From contig NZ_CP042911.1 of assembly GCF_008065095.1 (NCBI RefSeq), forward strand, positions 5,460,001 to 5,492,000: 32,000 bases of DNA, in the 5' to 3' direction. The stretch comes from Gemmata obscuriglobus. GTDB taxonomy: Bacteria > Planctomycetota > Planctomycetia > Gemmatales > Gemmataceae. Within the stretch, counting starts at the first letter, position 1; each line of letters begins with the position of its first letter. The translations under genes and the position numbers were made by a program. The notes beneath the pieces were generated by a model. The model made no database searches, was not told the origin of the DNA, and worked only from the letters and a program-made list of their open reading frames with translations. Of the stretch, positions 1-8,722 are shown in pieces.

Positions 1-2784
1 CAGGGCAACTACATCGGCACCAACGCGGCCGGCACGGCCGCTGTCAGTAATGGGGGAGCGGGAATCAGCATCGACACGTTGTCCGGTTCGCGGTCGACGG
101 GGCTCACGATTGGCGGCACCACCGCCGGTGCCGGGAATCTCATTTCGGGCAATAACTCCGACGGCATACTGTTGCAAGCCGACAGCACCCTCATCGCGGG
201 CAACGTCATCGGCCTGAACGCCGCCGGCACCGCGCCTCTCCCGAACGGGACAGGCATCACGATCATCAACGCGCTGAGCAACACCATCGGCGGAACCACC
301 GCGGGGGCGCGGAACGTTATCAGCGGCAACCTCGGTGAAGGGTTCCGCGTGTTCGGTTCGTCAACGTCCGGTAACCTCATTCAGGGCAACTACATTGGTA
401 CCGACCCGGCGGGTTCGTCCGCGACCGGCTTCGGCAACGGGGGCAACGGGGTCCGGTTGATCGGCACTAACAACACGGTTGGCGGCTCGACGCCCGGAAC
501 CGGCAACGTGATCGCCTTCAACAACGGCAGCGGGGTGAGCGTTGAGTCGGGGTTGGGGCAATCGGTCCTTCAGAACAGCATATTTGGGAACACCTCGCTG
601 GGCATCGATCTGGGCAACAACGGGGCTAACTCAAACGACGGCGCGGCATCCGCTGGGCAGCCGAACCTGCTCACCGATTTCCCGGTATTCACCACCGCGA
701 ACTTGGTCGGGAGCACGCTCACCGTCGCCGGCTACGTCGGCAGCGCGGCCGGGCAAGTCGAGTTCGCGAACAACCGCGTCGAGGTGTTCATCAGCGACAC
801 CAGTTCCGCCAACGGGAGCGGCCGGACCTACATCGGCTTCCTGACGACCGACGCGAGCGGCAACTTCAGCGGCTCGCTGAATGTAACCGGGCTCGGCCTG
901 ACGGTCGCCGACAGCGTCACGGCGACGGCCACCGACGCCGGCGGCAACACGTCCGAGTTCGGCACAAACTTCGATGTCAACGGTGAGCCCGTCGCGGTCG
1001 CGGACGCGGGCGCGGCGGTCGAAGCGGGCGGCACGAATAACGGCACGCCGGGCACCGATCCCACCGGCGATGTCCTCGCCAACGACACGGACCCGGATGT
1101 CGGGGACACGAAGGTCGTGACCGGCGTGGTGGCGGGGAACGCGGGCAGCGCGTCGGGCAGCGTGGGCGTCGCCGTAGCTGGCACCTACGGTTCCGTCGTA
1201 ATTAACGCGGACGGCTCGTTCGCCTACACCGTCAACAACGTCGATGCGGCCGTCCAGGCACTCCGCACGTCGTCCGACACACTGACCGACACATTTACCT
1301 ACACGATCACCGACGGGGGCGGGCTCACGAGCACCGCACAACTGACGGTCACCATCCACGGCGCCAACGACACCCCGACCGGTGGCGCGGTCGCGGCGAC
1401 CGCGGCCGAAGCCGGTGGGCTCGACAACCTGACTCCCGGCCTGAACCCGACCGGCACCGTGTTCACGAACATTTTGGACGTGGACAACGGCGACACCTTC
1501 ACCGTCACCGGGGTCACTGCCGGCGTCGTGGGTTCGGCGTCGGGCGCGGTCGGCTCACCGGTGGCCGGCGCGTACGGCTCGCTCACGGTCCGCGCGGACG
1601 GCACGTTTGTCTACACGGTCGATAACGCCAGCGCGTCCGTTCAGGCCCTGCGGGCCGGTAATTCCGTAACGGACACGTTCACCTACACCGCGGCCGACCT
1701 GGGCGACCTCACCGTGACCGCCCAGGTGACCGTCACGATCCAGGGGGCCGCCGACGCCCCCGGGGCTGCCGTTCTCGTTGCCGGGGGCACGGTCCCGCTG
1801 AACGCCGTGGCCGGGACGGTCGTGGGCCAGGTGGCCGCTCCGATCGCCGACGCGGGGGCCACAGTCGGTTACGCCCTGGTGACCAGCGCCAACGGGCTGT
1901 TTACGATCGATTCGAGCGGCCAGATCGCCGTCGCGCCCGGAGCGGTGTTCGGCAGCCAGAACCCGGGAGCGTACAACCTGACCGTGCGCACCACCGGTTC
2001 AAACGGCACGGCCCGCGATCAGACGATCACCTTGGGAGTTGAGGTGGGCGGCGCCGACCGGGCGGTGCCGCGGAACGGGCTAACACCCGTGCGGTTCGCC
2101 GACGGACGAATCGGCTTCCAGAACTCGGCCGGACAACTGGTTCGGACGGTCGCACCGCCGGCCGGTTACGGCTCGTTCCAGGTCGCGATCGTGCCGGACC
2201 GGACCGGCGACGGGATCGACGACCTGCTCGTGGGGGCGGGATCGGGGATCGGCTCCCGTGTCGGGATCTTCGACGGCGCGACCGGCGCCGAGTTGCTCAC
2301 GTGGTCCCCGTTCTCCGCCGGGTTCATCGGAGGGGTTTCGGTGGCCTGCGGGGACGTGACCGGAGACGGGGTCGCCGACTTCATCATCGGCGCCGGCCCC
2401 GGTGCCGGCCCGCACGTGAAGGTGTTCGACGGCGTGACCGGGGCCGAGCGGGCCAGTTTCTTCGCCTACGACAGCCGGTTCCGGGGCGGCGTGTCGGTCG
2501 CGGTCGGAGACGTGACGCGCGACGGGTTTGCGGACATCGTTACGGCCGCCGGGCCGGGCACCGCGCCCCACGTCAAAGTGTTCTCGGGCCGGTTCGGCGA
2601 TGAGTTGATGAGCTTCTTCGCGTACGACAGGGACTTCTTCGGCGGCGTCCGGGTCTCGATTCGCGATGTCAACGCGGACGGGTTGCCGGACATCATAACG
2701 GAAGCCACCGTCGCCGGCCGCACGCACGTAAAAGCCTTCGACACGCTGACGGGCGAAATCATCCAGAGTTACTTTTCCCCATGA
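1..2784 (+). CDS. Large secreted repeat/adhesin-like protein, 5'-partial: parallel beta-helix repeats, two VCBS/cadherin-like modules, four FG-GAP repeats
   Basis: Frame 1 is open from nt 1 (QGNYIGTNAAG... is already inside the repeat), so the ATG at 79 is internal. The N-terminal part repeats NxISGN..GIxL (PbH1-type beta-helix). Two ~150-aa modules carry ANDTDPDVGDT / DTFTYTxxDxGG / HGANDTPT signatures (VCBS/cadherin-like). The C-terminus has four GDVTGDGxADxIxGAGPGxxPHVKVFDG FG-GAP-type repeats. Stop at 2782-2784. Confidence 0.85.
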   Translation, partial: QGNYIGTNAAGTAAVSNGGAGISIDTLSGSRSTGLTIGGTTAGAGNLISGNNSDGILLQADSTLIAGNVIGLNAAGTAPLPNGTGITIINALSNTIGGTTAGARNVISGNLGEGFRVFGSSTSGNLIQGNYIGTDPAGSSATGFGNGGNGVRLIGTNNTVGGSTPGTGNVIAFNNGSGVSVESGLGQSVLQNSIFGNTSLGIDLGNNGANSNDGAASAGQPNLLTDFPVFTTANLVGSTLTVAGYVGSAAGQVEFANNRVEVFISDTSSANGSGRTYIGFLTTDASGNFSGSLNVTGLGLTVADSVTATATDAGGNTSEFGTNFDVNGEPVAVADAGAAVEAGGTNNGTPGTDPTGDVLANDTDPDVGDTKVVTGVVAGNAGSASGSVGVAVAGTYGSVVINADGSFAYTVNNVDAAVQALRTSSDTLTDTFTYTITDGGGLTSTAQLTVTIHGANDTPTGGAVAATAAEAGGLDNLTPGLNPTGTVFTNILDVDNGDTFTVTGVTAGVVGSASGAVGSPVAGAYGSLTVRADGTFVYTVDNASASVQALRAGNSVTDTFTYTAADLGDLTVTAQVTVTIQGAADAPGAAVLVAGGTVPLNAVAGTVVGQVAAPIADAGATVGYALVTSANGLFTIDSSGQIAVAPGAVFGSQNPGAYNLTVRTTGSNGTARDQTITLGVEVGGADRAVPRNGLTPVRFADGRIGFQNSAGQLVRTVAPPAGYGSFQVAIVPDRTGDGIDDLLVGAGSGIGSRVGIFDGATGAELLTWSPFSAGFIGGVSVACGDVTGDGVADFIIGAGPGAGPHVKVFDGVTGAERASFFAYDSRFRGGVSVAVGDVTRDGFADIVTAAGPGTAPHVKVFSGRFGDELMSFFAYDRDFFGGVRVSIRDVNADGLPDIITEATVAGRTHVKAFDTLTGEIIQSYFSP

Positions 2785-2836
2785 GTAGGGACCCGCTCAC
2801 CGCACGATAGTAGCACCCGGTAAACCATTCACGCAG

Positions 2837-2861
2837 TTGCGAGCGGCCCGCGCGCTCGCAA
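2837..2861 (+). terminator. Hairpin (9-bp stem TTGCGAGCG/CGCTCGCAA, 7-nt loop) ~50 nt after the surface-protein stop
   Basis: Perfect 9-bp inverted repeat read directly from the sequence. There is no U-tract, so its function as a terminator is only inferred from position. Confidence 0.35.
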
Positions 2862-3125
2862 CCCGATCTCAACAGCCCGAGCACGTGTTTGGCAAGCCGG
2901 AAGTCCCGTTCTCCGAGTCGCCCCTCGCTCTGATCGCACGTCTTTACGATCTCACCGGTGACCGTCAACGAGGCGCGAGTCAACGCCCGCTTGCAGGGTC
3001 GGCCGCGCCGTGAACTGCGTTATGCGGAAAATCAACCGGTGCCGTCCACTGCGATCCTGCGGCGCGAACGTTGACCTGTGGCCGTTCCGCACCGACAATC
3101 ACCGCTGTCGCTTCCGGAGGATCGT

Positions 3126-4625
3126 ATGCGTTCCCTCTCCGCGTTCGTTGCGGTCGCTGCGCTCGCGCTTCCTGGCGCGGCGGCCGATCCGAAGCCCCCG
3201 AACATCGTGTTCATCCTCGCCGACGATGTCGGGTACGGCGACCTCGGGTGCTACGGCTCCACCAAGGTGCGCACGCCGAACCTCGACACCCTCGCGAAGC
3301 AGGGCACGCGGCTCACCGACGCGCACAGCCCCGCCGCCGTCTGCACGCCCACCCGGTACGCGCTCCTCACGGGTCAGTACGCGTGGCGCCATGCGCCCGG
3401 GTCGCGCATCCTCAGCGGAGTCGCCCCCCTCAGCATCAAGCCCGACACGCTCACCGTGCCCGCGTTCCTGAAACAAAACGGCTACACCACCGCCGCGGTC
3501 GGGAAGTGGCACCTGGGCCTCGGCGAGAAGGAAACGGATTACAACGGCGAGATCAAGCCGGGGGCGCGCGAGGTCGGGTTCGATTACTCGTTCCTCATCC
3601 CCGCGACCGGCGACCGCACGCCGTGCGTGTTCGTCGAGAACGGGCGCGTCGTGAACTACGACCCCAAAGACCCGATCACCGTCAGCTACACGAAAAAGGT
3701 GGGCACCGAGCCGACCGGGAAGGAGAACCCGGAACTCCTCACCGTTCAGAAGCCGAGCCTCGGTCACGACATGACCATCGTGAACGGGATCAGCCGCATC
3801 GGCTGGATGTCCGGCGGCAAAGCGGCGCGCTGGAAGGACGAAGACATCGCCGACGACATCACCAAGAAAGCGGTCGAGTTCATCGGCAAAGCCAAGGACA
3901 AGCCGTTCTTCCTGTACTTCGCCACGCACGACGCGCACGTCCCCCGCGTGCCGCACCCGCGGTTCAAAGGCAAGAGCGGGCACGGGCTGCGCGGCGACTG
4001 CATCGAGGAACTCGACTGGTGCGTCGGCGAGATCGTCGCGGCGCTCGACAGGTACAAGCTCACCGACAACACGCTCGTCGTCTTCACCAGCGACAACGGC
4101 GGCGTCATGGACGACGGCTACATCGACGGCACCGCAACCGACACGAGCGGTCACAAGTGTAACGGGGCGTTACGCGGCTTCAAGGGCGGGCTGTACGAGG
4201 GCGGGCACCGCGTTCCGTTTATCGCGAAATGGCCCGTCCACGTCGCGGCCGGGAAGGTGTCGGACGGGTTGGTCTGTCACGTCGATCTCCTCAGGACCTG
4301 TGCGGCGATCCTCGGAAAGCTGCTCCCGAGCGGTGCCGGGCCGGACAGCGTCGACATCTTCCCGACTCTCACGGCCGACCGGCCGACGAAGCCGTGCCGA
4401 TCGACACTGATTCACCAGAGCGGCAACCCGAACGCCCTCGCGATCCGCAAAGGCGAGTGGAAGCTCATCCCCAACGAAGGGAAAAAGAAAGTCGGGCCGG
4501 AGCTGTTCAACCTCGCCGCCGATCCGACCGAACAAAAGAACCTCGCCGCCGACAAGCCGGAGGTGGTGAAAGAACTCGCCGCACTGCTGAAGTCGGTTCA
4601 AGAGAACCCCACCTCCCGGCCGTAA
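3126..4625 (+). CDS. Arylsulfatase (formylglycine-dependent sulfatase family), secreted
   Basis: Contains the C-x-P-x-R formylglycine motif (AAVCTPTRYALLTGQ), the NIVFILADDVGYGDLGCYG metal-binding N-terminus and the GKWHLG motif. Signal peptide MRSLSAFVAVAALALPGAAA. I chose the ATG at 3126 because GGAGG lies at 3116-3120; the ORF-track start at 3078 adds a non-signal extension. Confidence 0.9.
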   Translation: MRSLSAFVAVAALALPGAAADPKPPNIVFILADDVGYGDLGCYGSTKVRTPNLDTLAKQGTRLTDAHSPAAVCTPTRYALLTGQYAWRHAPGSRILSGVAPLSIKPDTLTVPAFLKQNGYTTAAVGKWHLGLGEKETDYNGEIKPGAREVGFDYSFLIPATGDRTPCVFVENGRVVNYDPKDPITVSYTKKVGTEPTGKENPELLTVQKPSLGHDMTIVNGISRIGWMSGGKAARWKDEDIADDITKKAVEFIGKAKDKPFFLYFATHDAHVPRVPHPRFKGKSGHGLRGDCIEELDWCVGEIVAALDRYKLTDNTLVVFTSDNGGVMDDGYIDGTATDTSGHKCNGALRGFKGGLYEGGHRVPFIAKWPVHVAAGKVSDGLVCHVDLLRTCAAILGKLLPSGAGPDSVDIFPTLTADRPTKPCRSTLIHQSGNPNALAIRKGEWKLIPNEGKKKVGPELFNLAADPTEQKNLAADKPEVVKELAALLKSVQENPTSRP

Positions 4626-4640
4626 GCCGAAGGCGTTCCG

Positions 4641-5180
4641 ATGCCGTTGAACCCCCGCGTCTTCTTCCGCAAGGCCCACCGGTGGGGCGCCGTCGTCGCG
4701 GCGGCGCCCTTCCTGCTCGTCCTCGTCACGGGCTGCCTGCTGCAACTCAAGAAGGAAATCGCGTGGGTCCAACCGCCCACAAAAAAAGGCACCGGGAAGG
4801 AGCCGACGGCGCCCTTCGACGCCGTCCTCACGGCCGTGAAAGGTGTGCCCGAGGCGCGCGTGAACGGCTGGGCCGACATCGAGCGCATGGACGTGCGGCC
4901 CAAAGACGGCGTCGTGAAGGTGCAGTGCAAGAACCGGTACGAGGTGCAGGTCGATTTCCAGACCGCCCAGGTGCTCCAGGTCGAGTACCGGCGCTCGGAC
5001 CTCATCGAGAGCTTGCACGACGGCAGCTTTTTTCACGACTCGTTCAAGGTGTACGTGTTCTTCCCGGTGGCGCTGGTGGTCGTGACACTCTGGGCCACCG
5101 GGATGTACCTGTTCGTTCTGCCGCTCGCGGTGCGCTGGCGGCGCAAGAGACCCGCGCCCGACGCGCCGGGGCCGAAATGA
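4641..5180 (+). CDS. PepSY-associated transmembrane-helix family membrane protein
   Basis: N-terminal FFRKAHRWGAVVAAAPFLLVLVTGCLL is the typical PepSY_TM signature. It has a central soluble segment and a C-terminal TM helix. GAAGG lies 9 nt upstream of the ATG. Confidence 0.65.
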   Translation: MPLNPRVFFRKAHRWGAVVAAAPFLLVLVTGCLLQLKKEIAWVQPPTKKGTGKEPTAPFDAVLTAVKGVPEARVNGWADIERMDVRPKDGVVKVQCKNRYEVQVDFQTAQVLQVEYRRSDLIESLHDGSFFHDSFKVYVFFPVALVVVTLWATGMYLFVLPLAVRWRRKRPAPDAPGPK

Positions 5181-5662
5181 CCTCACTCCGCCGATTCGTC
5201 GTCGTTCAGCTCCTGATGGTGTGGCAGGGCGGGTTCCTGTTCTACACGTCGGCGGTCGTGCCGGTGGGGACCGAACTCCTGGGAAAGGTCGGGCAAGGCT
5301 CGATCACCGCCCGCGTCACCGACGCGCTCAACGCGGTCGGCGTGGTCGCGCTCGCCACACTGGCGCTGGACCTGCTACTGACCTCCGACCCGTCCCGGCG
5401 CCGGGCGGCGTCGCGGTGGGCCCTGTGGGTGCTCGCCGCGGTATGCCAGGGCGGCCTCTTTTACCTGCACGCGGTGCTGGAATCCTACATGGACCCGGAC
5501 CGCCGGGTGGTGATGGTGATCCAGCCATTCTACCCGACGCACCGCGTGTACCTGTGGACCAGTACCGTACAGTGGGCCGCGTGCCTGCTGTTCGCGTGGC
5601 TCACGCTCCGGGCCTGGCGCGCGCAAGACGTGAAGAGTGCTGCGACCAAAGCGAGGGCATGA
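5177..5662 (+). CDS. Hypothetical 4-TM integral membrane protein, translationally coupled to the PepSY_TM gene
   Basis: The ATG at 5177 overlaps the upstream TGA (ATGA at 5177-5180). The 161-aa product has four hydrophobic helices (MTSLRRFVVVQLLMVWQGGFLFY...). The long upstream extension of the 4229..5662 ORF is Arg/Pro-rich out-of-frame sulfatase sequence. Confidence 0.6.
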   Translation: MTSLRRFVVVQLLMVWQGGFLFYTSAVVPVGTELLGKVGQGSITARVTDALNAVGVVALATLALDLLLTSDPSRRRAASRWALWVLAAVCQGGLFYLHAVLESYMDPDRRVVMVIQPFYPTHRVYLWTSTVQWAACLLFAWLTLRAWRAQDVKSAATKARA

Positions 5663-5861
5663 TTCCGGTTTTGGCCACCGAAGAGAACGGCAGCAGATCG
5701 GGACACAAGTGATCCAGTTGGCCGCGATCTACTTGCGTGCGGGATCGCTAAATACCGTCGCGTCAGCGCGGGTGCACTTGACCCGCTAAGGAAGAGAGCC
5801 GCAGGCGCGCACGGGGCGCGCATACGGCACCAGCCGACAGCAACCGGGCCAAGTGCGCAGA

Positions 5862-6215
5862 TCAGGCCTCGGGCTTCGCACCGGTCGGCGGGAGCAGGTT
5901 CTTGATCCGCACCGCGAAGTGTTCGCCGACAACCACAACTTCGCCCACCGCGAAGGGCACACCGCGCACCGTCAGTTCGACCGGCGCGCTGATGACCTCC
6001 TCCAGTTCCACGACAGAACCAGGGCCGAGGGTGAGGATCTCGCCGATGGGCAGCACCGCGCGCCCCAGCCGCGCGGTGATCGTGATCGGCACGTCGCGCA
6101 GCGACTCCAGGGTGCTCCCGGGGCCGGTGCCGGCGCGGGGCTCTAGCCGCGGGAACTCGGCCTGGCGGGCCACGACGCCGGGGTCGGCGGGATCGGTCGG
6201 AGTGGTTTCGGCCAT
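5862..6215 (-). CDS. fliN: Flagellar motor switch protein FliN (SpoA domain)
   Basis: The C-terminal sequence DVPITITARLGRAVLPIGEILTLGPGSVVELEEVISAPVELTVRGVPFAVGEVVVVGEHFAVRI is a canonical FliN/SpoA domain. The gene follows fliM by 23 nt. Confidence 0.9.
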   Translation of the reverse strand: MAETTPTDPADPGVVARQAEFPRLEPRAGTGPGSTLESLRDVPITITARLGRAVLPIGEILTLGPGSVVELEEVISAPVELTVRGVPFAVGEVVVVGEHFAVRIKNLLPPTGAKPEA

Positions 6216-6238
6216 GTCGCGTCTCGCGCTTGCGGTGG

Positions 6239-7090
6239 TCAGTCGCCGGTAATGGTATCGACAACAACGGCTGCCCGGTCACCGACGACCCCAGGCCAGA
6301 CCCGGAATTTTCTCGCACCGCTGACCAATCCGTCAAGCGGCTCGGTCACCTTCTGGTCGAACACGATCACGTCGCCGGTCGTTAGATCCGACACATCCCG
6401 CATTGTGAGGTCGGCGCGCCCGAGGATCACGCTCATTTCGACGCTCATCGCCCGCACCACGGACTCGATCTCGGACTTGGGTGCGGGCGTCACCGGCGGC
6501 GACAAACCGATCGCGGCCAACTGCTCCCAGCGGCCCGAGCGGGTCAGCAGCAGGTAGATAGGGTGCTCGCCGTACGGCGCGGAGAGGGTGAACGTGACGA
6601 AGATGTTGTGCTCGTTGCCCCCGGTCCACACCGCGGCCGGGGCCGCGGGCGCGCCGATGTCGACCACGAGCGGCTCGACACCGGGCCAGCTTTTGAGGAA
6701 CGGGGTTACGAAGAACTCGCGCACCAGGTGCGGGATCAGGGCCGACTCCATCGGGGTCGGCTCGCGGTCGGCCGGCAGGGCCTCGGGGGCCTCGCCGATC
6801 AGCCCGGACAGCAGCGCGATCAGCACGGGGTTCGGGAACACCAGCAGCGCCCCCCCGCCGGGCGCGTCGGGCGGCGCCAGCGGCACGCTGATCGCCCCCT
6901 CAGGGAAGAACGCGAGGCAGTACGCCGCGCTGGGCGTCTCCACCTTCGCGATCTGGAGGGTGGCGGGGTACCTCAGGGCTTGCACCGCCGCCTCGTTGGT
7001 GCGGCGGCAGGCGAGCGTCAACCACGCGGTGACGTTGCGCTCGATGTCACCGGGCGGCGGTTTGCGAAAGTCGTACTCGGCCGGCGTCAT
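6239..7090 (-). CDS. fliM: Flagellar motor switch protein FliM (short form lacking the N-terminal CheY-binding peptide)
   Basis: Has the YDFRKPPP motif at residues 6-13, a REPTPME (R-x-x-T-x-x-E) middle-domain motif and a C-terminal SpoA-like domain (GDVIVFDQKV...GARKFRVWPGVVGDRAAVVV). Its ATG overlaps the fliL stop (ATGA at 7087-7090). Confidence 0.85.
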   Translation of the reverse strand: MTPAEYDFRKPPPGDIERNVTAWLTLACRRTNEAAVQALRYPATLQIAKVETPSAAYCLAFFPEGAISVPLAPPDAPGGGALLVFPNPVLIALLSGLIGEAPEALPADREPTPMESALIPHLVREFFVTPFLKSWPGVEPLVVDIGAPAAPAAVWTGGNEHNIFVTFTLSAPYGEHPIYLLLTRSGRWEQLAAIGLSPPVTPAPKSEIESVVRAMSVEMSVILGRADLTMRDVSDLTTGDVIVFDQKVTEPLDGLVSGARKFRVWPGVVGDRAAVVVDTITGD

Positions 7091-7599
7091 TGCACGACGT
7101 ACTCTTCGAACAGGACGGCCCGGATGCGGCTGCTGCCGTCGGGATAAAGGACCTCCTCGATCCGTTCGAGGAGCTCCCGCTGCATCCGCTGAACTCCGAC
7201 CGACCCGCTCACGTCTTTGGTGCTCTTCCCGGCCAGGTGGCCGATCAGGGCGCTTTTCACCGCGGCCTTCTTCGCGGTCACCATGGCGGTGACCTCTTTC
7301 TCGGCCTCGGCGTCGACGAGAACGGCGATCTTCAGGCGGAGATACCGTTGCTGCCGCTCTTCGACAAGGTTAACCACCACGTCGCCGAACGGCACGATCG
7401 CGGTCTTACTCTCGGCCGGCTTCTTCTTCGGGGCCTTGTCCTTGTCCTTCTCCCCTTCGGCCTTCTTGCCGAACGGGGGCACCCCGCCCATCGCCATCGG
7501 GACGACGGCCCCGCCGCCCAAAGCGACCAGACACACGATGATGAGGATCAGTTTGCCGCCCTTTTTCTTCGGTGCGGCTTCGGTTGCGGCTGTGGCCAT
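7087..7599 (-). CDS. fliL: Flagellar basal-body-associated protein FliL
   Basis: The 170-aa product has a Lys-rich N-terminus, a single TM helix (KLILIIVCLVALGGGAVV) and a FliL core (IVPFGDVVVNLVEERQQRYLRLKIAVLVD...AVLFEEYVVQ). I chose the ATG at 7599 because AGGAGA lies 7 nt upstream; the ORF-track extension to 7926 is Arg/Pro junk. Confidence 0.88.
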   Translation of the reverse strand: MATAATEAAPKKKGGKLILIIVCLVALGGGAVVPMAMGGVPPFGKKAEGEKDKDKAPKKKPAESKTAIVPFGDVVVNLVEERQQRYLRLKIAVLVDAEAEKEVTAMVTAKKAAVKSALIGHLAGKSTKDVSGSVGVQRMQRELLERIEEVLYPDGSSRIRAVLFEEYVVQ

Positions 7600-7810
7600 G
7601 GTGCGATCTCCTGGTGCGTGATGCTCAGGGTCGCGTCCGTGCGGCGGGGTGGAGCGTGACCGCTCCCGAAGTATCCGTACTTCGTGTAATTTTGGTTCGC
7701 CGGATCGCCCCGGGCCGAAGTCCGGGGCGGTGAAACGGTTCGATTCTGCGTGCGGTTTCGGGCGGCACCGCAACCGGTCGCACGCCCGGTCTGAACTTTG
7801 CGCCGGCGCC

Positions 7811-8722
7811 CTACGGGGCCGCCGGGACCACCTGGCTGGTCGGGCCGGTCCCGACGGTCGGGACCACTTGGCCGGTGGCCCCCAGGTGGGTACAGCTCTT
7901 GCCGCGGCCGAGCCGCTGGCAGTCAAGGCACCCGAGGTGCGAGTGCCGGGCCGGGAACGTCGCCGCCGGGTCGATCAGAGCCCCGTCGGCGCCCATCACC
8001 ACGCCGGGAACCGGGTACCCGAGCAAGCTTAGCACCGCTTCGCGGCTCACGAAGCGACGGAACAAGTTTGGCGAATCCAGGGCCAACTCGCCCGCGAAGC
8101 TGTCGTCGCTGGCGATCACGTGGTTCCGCACCCACGCCGGGCGCTCACGCGAGCGCTGCCGGTAGTACACCCGGATGCGGTCGGCGATCGCCTGGTCAGT
8201 CGTGTCCCACAGCCCGTCCACCGAGGCGACGACCTTCGCTTCCTCGGGCCCGACCGCTTGCAGCACCAGCCCCATCCGCGGGCGCGGGTACGGTGAGTAG
8301 TTGGTCACCACCCCGTACACCACCACGTCGGCGTTGGTGGCCTTGGCGATGTCGTACAGCAGCGGCTCGTCGAACCGCCCGCCGCACCGCGACAGCGCGG
8401 CCAAGTAGGCCCGGTCGTCCAGGGCGGTCGGGATCACCTCGAACCGCCCCACCTTGTTTAGCTCGGCGATGAACGCCTCGCGGGCCTCTTCCCCGACCCG
8501 CGTGTACCCGGGCTCGTTCCGCGTGAACCCGGTCTCGTTGCGGAACGGGAGCACGACCACCCGTGCGACCCGGTCCCACTGCCACCCCTCCAGGTGGTAC
8601 TGACTGAACGTCGGCGGGCCGGGCAGCGGCTTGTCCTTGTCGCGGTGCTTGTGGATCAGCTCGCACCCGGCGAGAACGACCACCGCGAGCACCGCGAGCG
8701 ACCCCATCAGGCGCGTCGTCAT
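7811..8722 (-). CDS. Putative lipoprotein (303 aa) in the flagellar operon; alpha/beta module reminiscent of LpoB/CsgG/FlgO-type lipoproteins (resemblance judged by eye)
   Basis: MTTRLMGSLAVLAVVVLAGC is a signal peptide with a lipobox. The ATG overlaps the upstream stop (ATGA at 8719-8722). The pattern VVVLPFRNETG...ELNKVGRFEVIP...ATNADVVVYGVVTNYSPYPRPRMGLVLQAV resembles periplasmic lipoprotein folds. The family assignment is not verified. Confidence 0.6.
   Translation of the reverse strand: MTTRLMGSLAVLAVVVLAGCELIHKHRDKDKPLPGPPTFSQYHLEGWQWDRVARVVVLPFRNETGFTRNEPGYTRVGEEAREAFIAELNKVGRFEVIPTALDDRAYLAALSRCGGRFDEPLLYDIAKATNADVVVYGVVTNYSPYPRPRMGLVLQAVGPEEAKVVASVDGLWDTTDQAIADRIRVYYRQRSRERPAWVRNHVIASDDSFAGELALDSPNLFRRFVSREAVLSLLGYPVPGVVMGADGALIDPAATFPARHSHLGCLDCQRLGRGKSCTHLGATGQVVPTVGTGPTSQVVPAAP

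Noticed and set aside
2759-2983. 74-aa minus-strand ORF (TTG start) in the adhesin-sulfatase spacer
   Set aside because: It has no RBS and a non-ATG start, it overlaps the 3' end of the adhesin gene, and I see no recognisable motif. It might be a gene remnant, but I cannot support it.
4229-5176. 316-aa extension of the 5177..5662 membrane protein ORF
   Set aside because: It overlaps the sulfatase and PepSY_TM genes out of frame and translates to Arg-rich junk. The ATGA-coupled start at 5177 is more plausible.
7600-7810. Sigma-54 (TGGCAC-N5-TTGC) or sigma-28 promoter upstream of fliL; also a small hairpin CGAAGTA-TCCG-TACTTCG at 7667-7684
   Set aside because: There is no acceptable sigma-54 match. 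The best sigma-28-like candidate (CAAAGTTC-N11-GCGACCGG) has a poor -10 element. The 7-bp hairpin is real, but by itself it is not informative.
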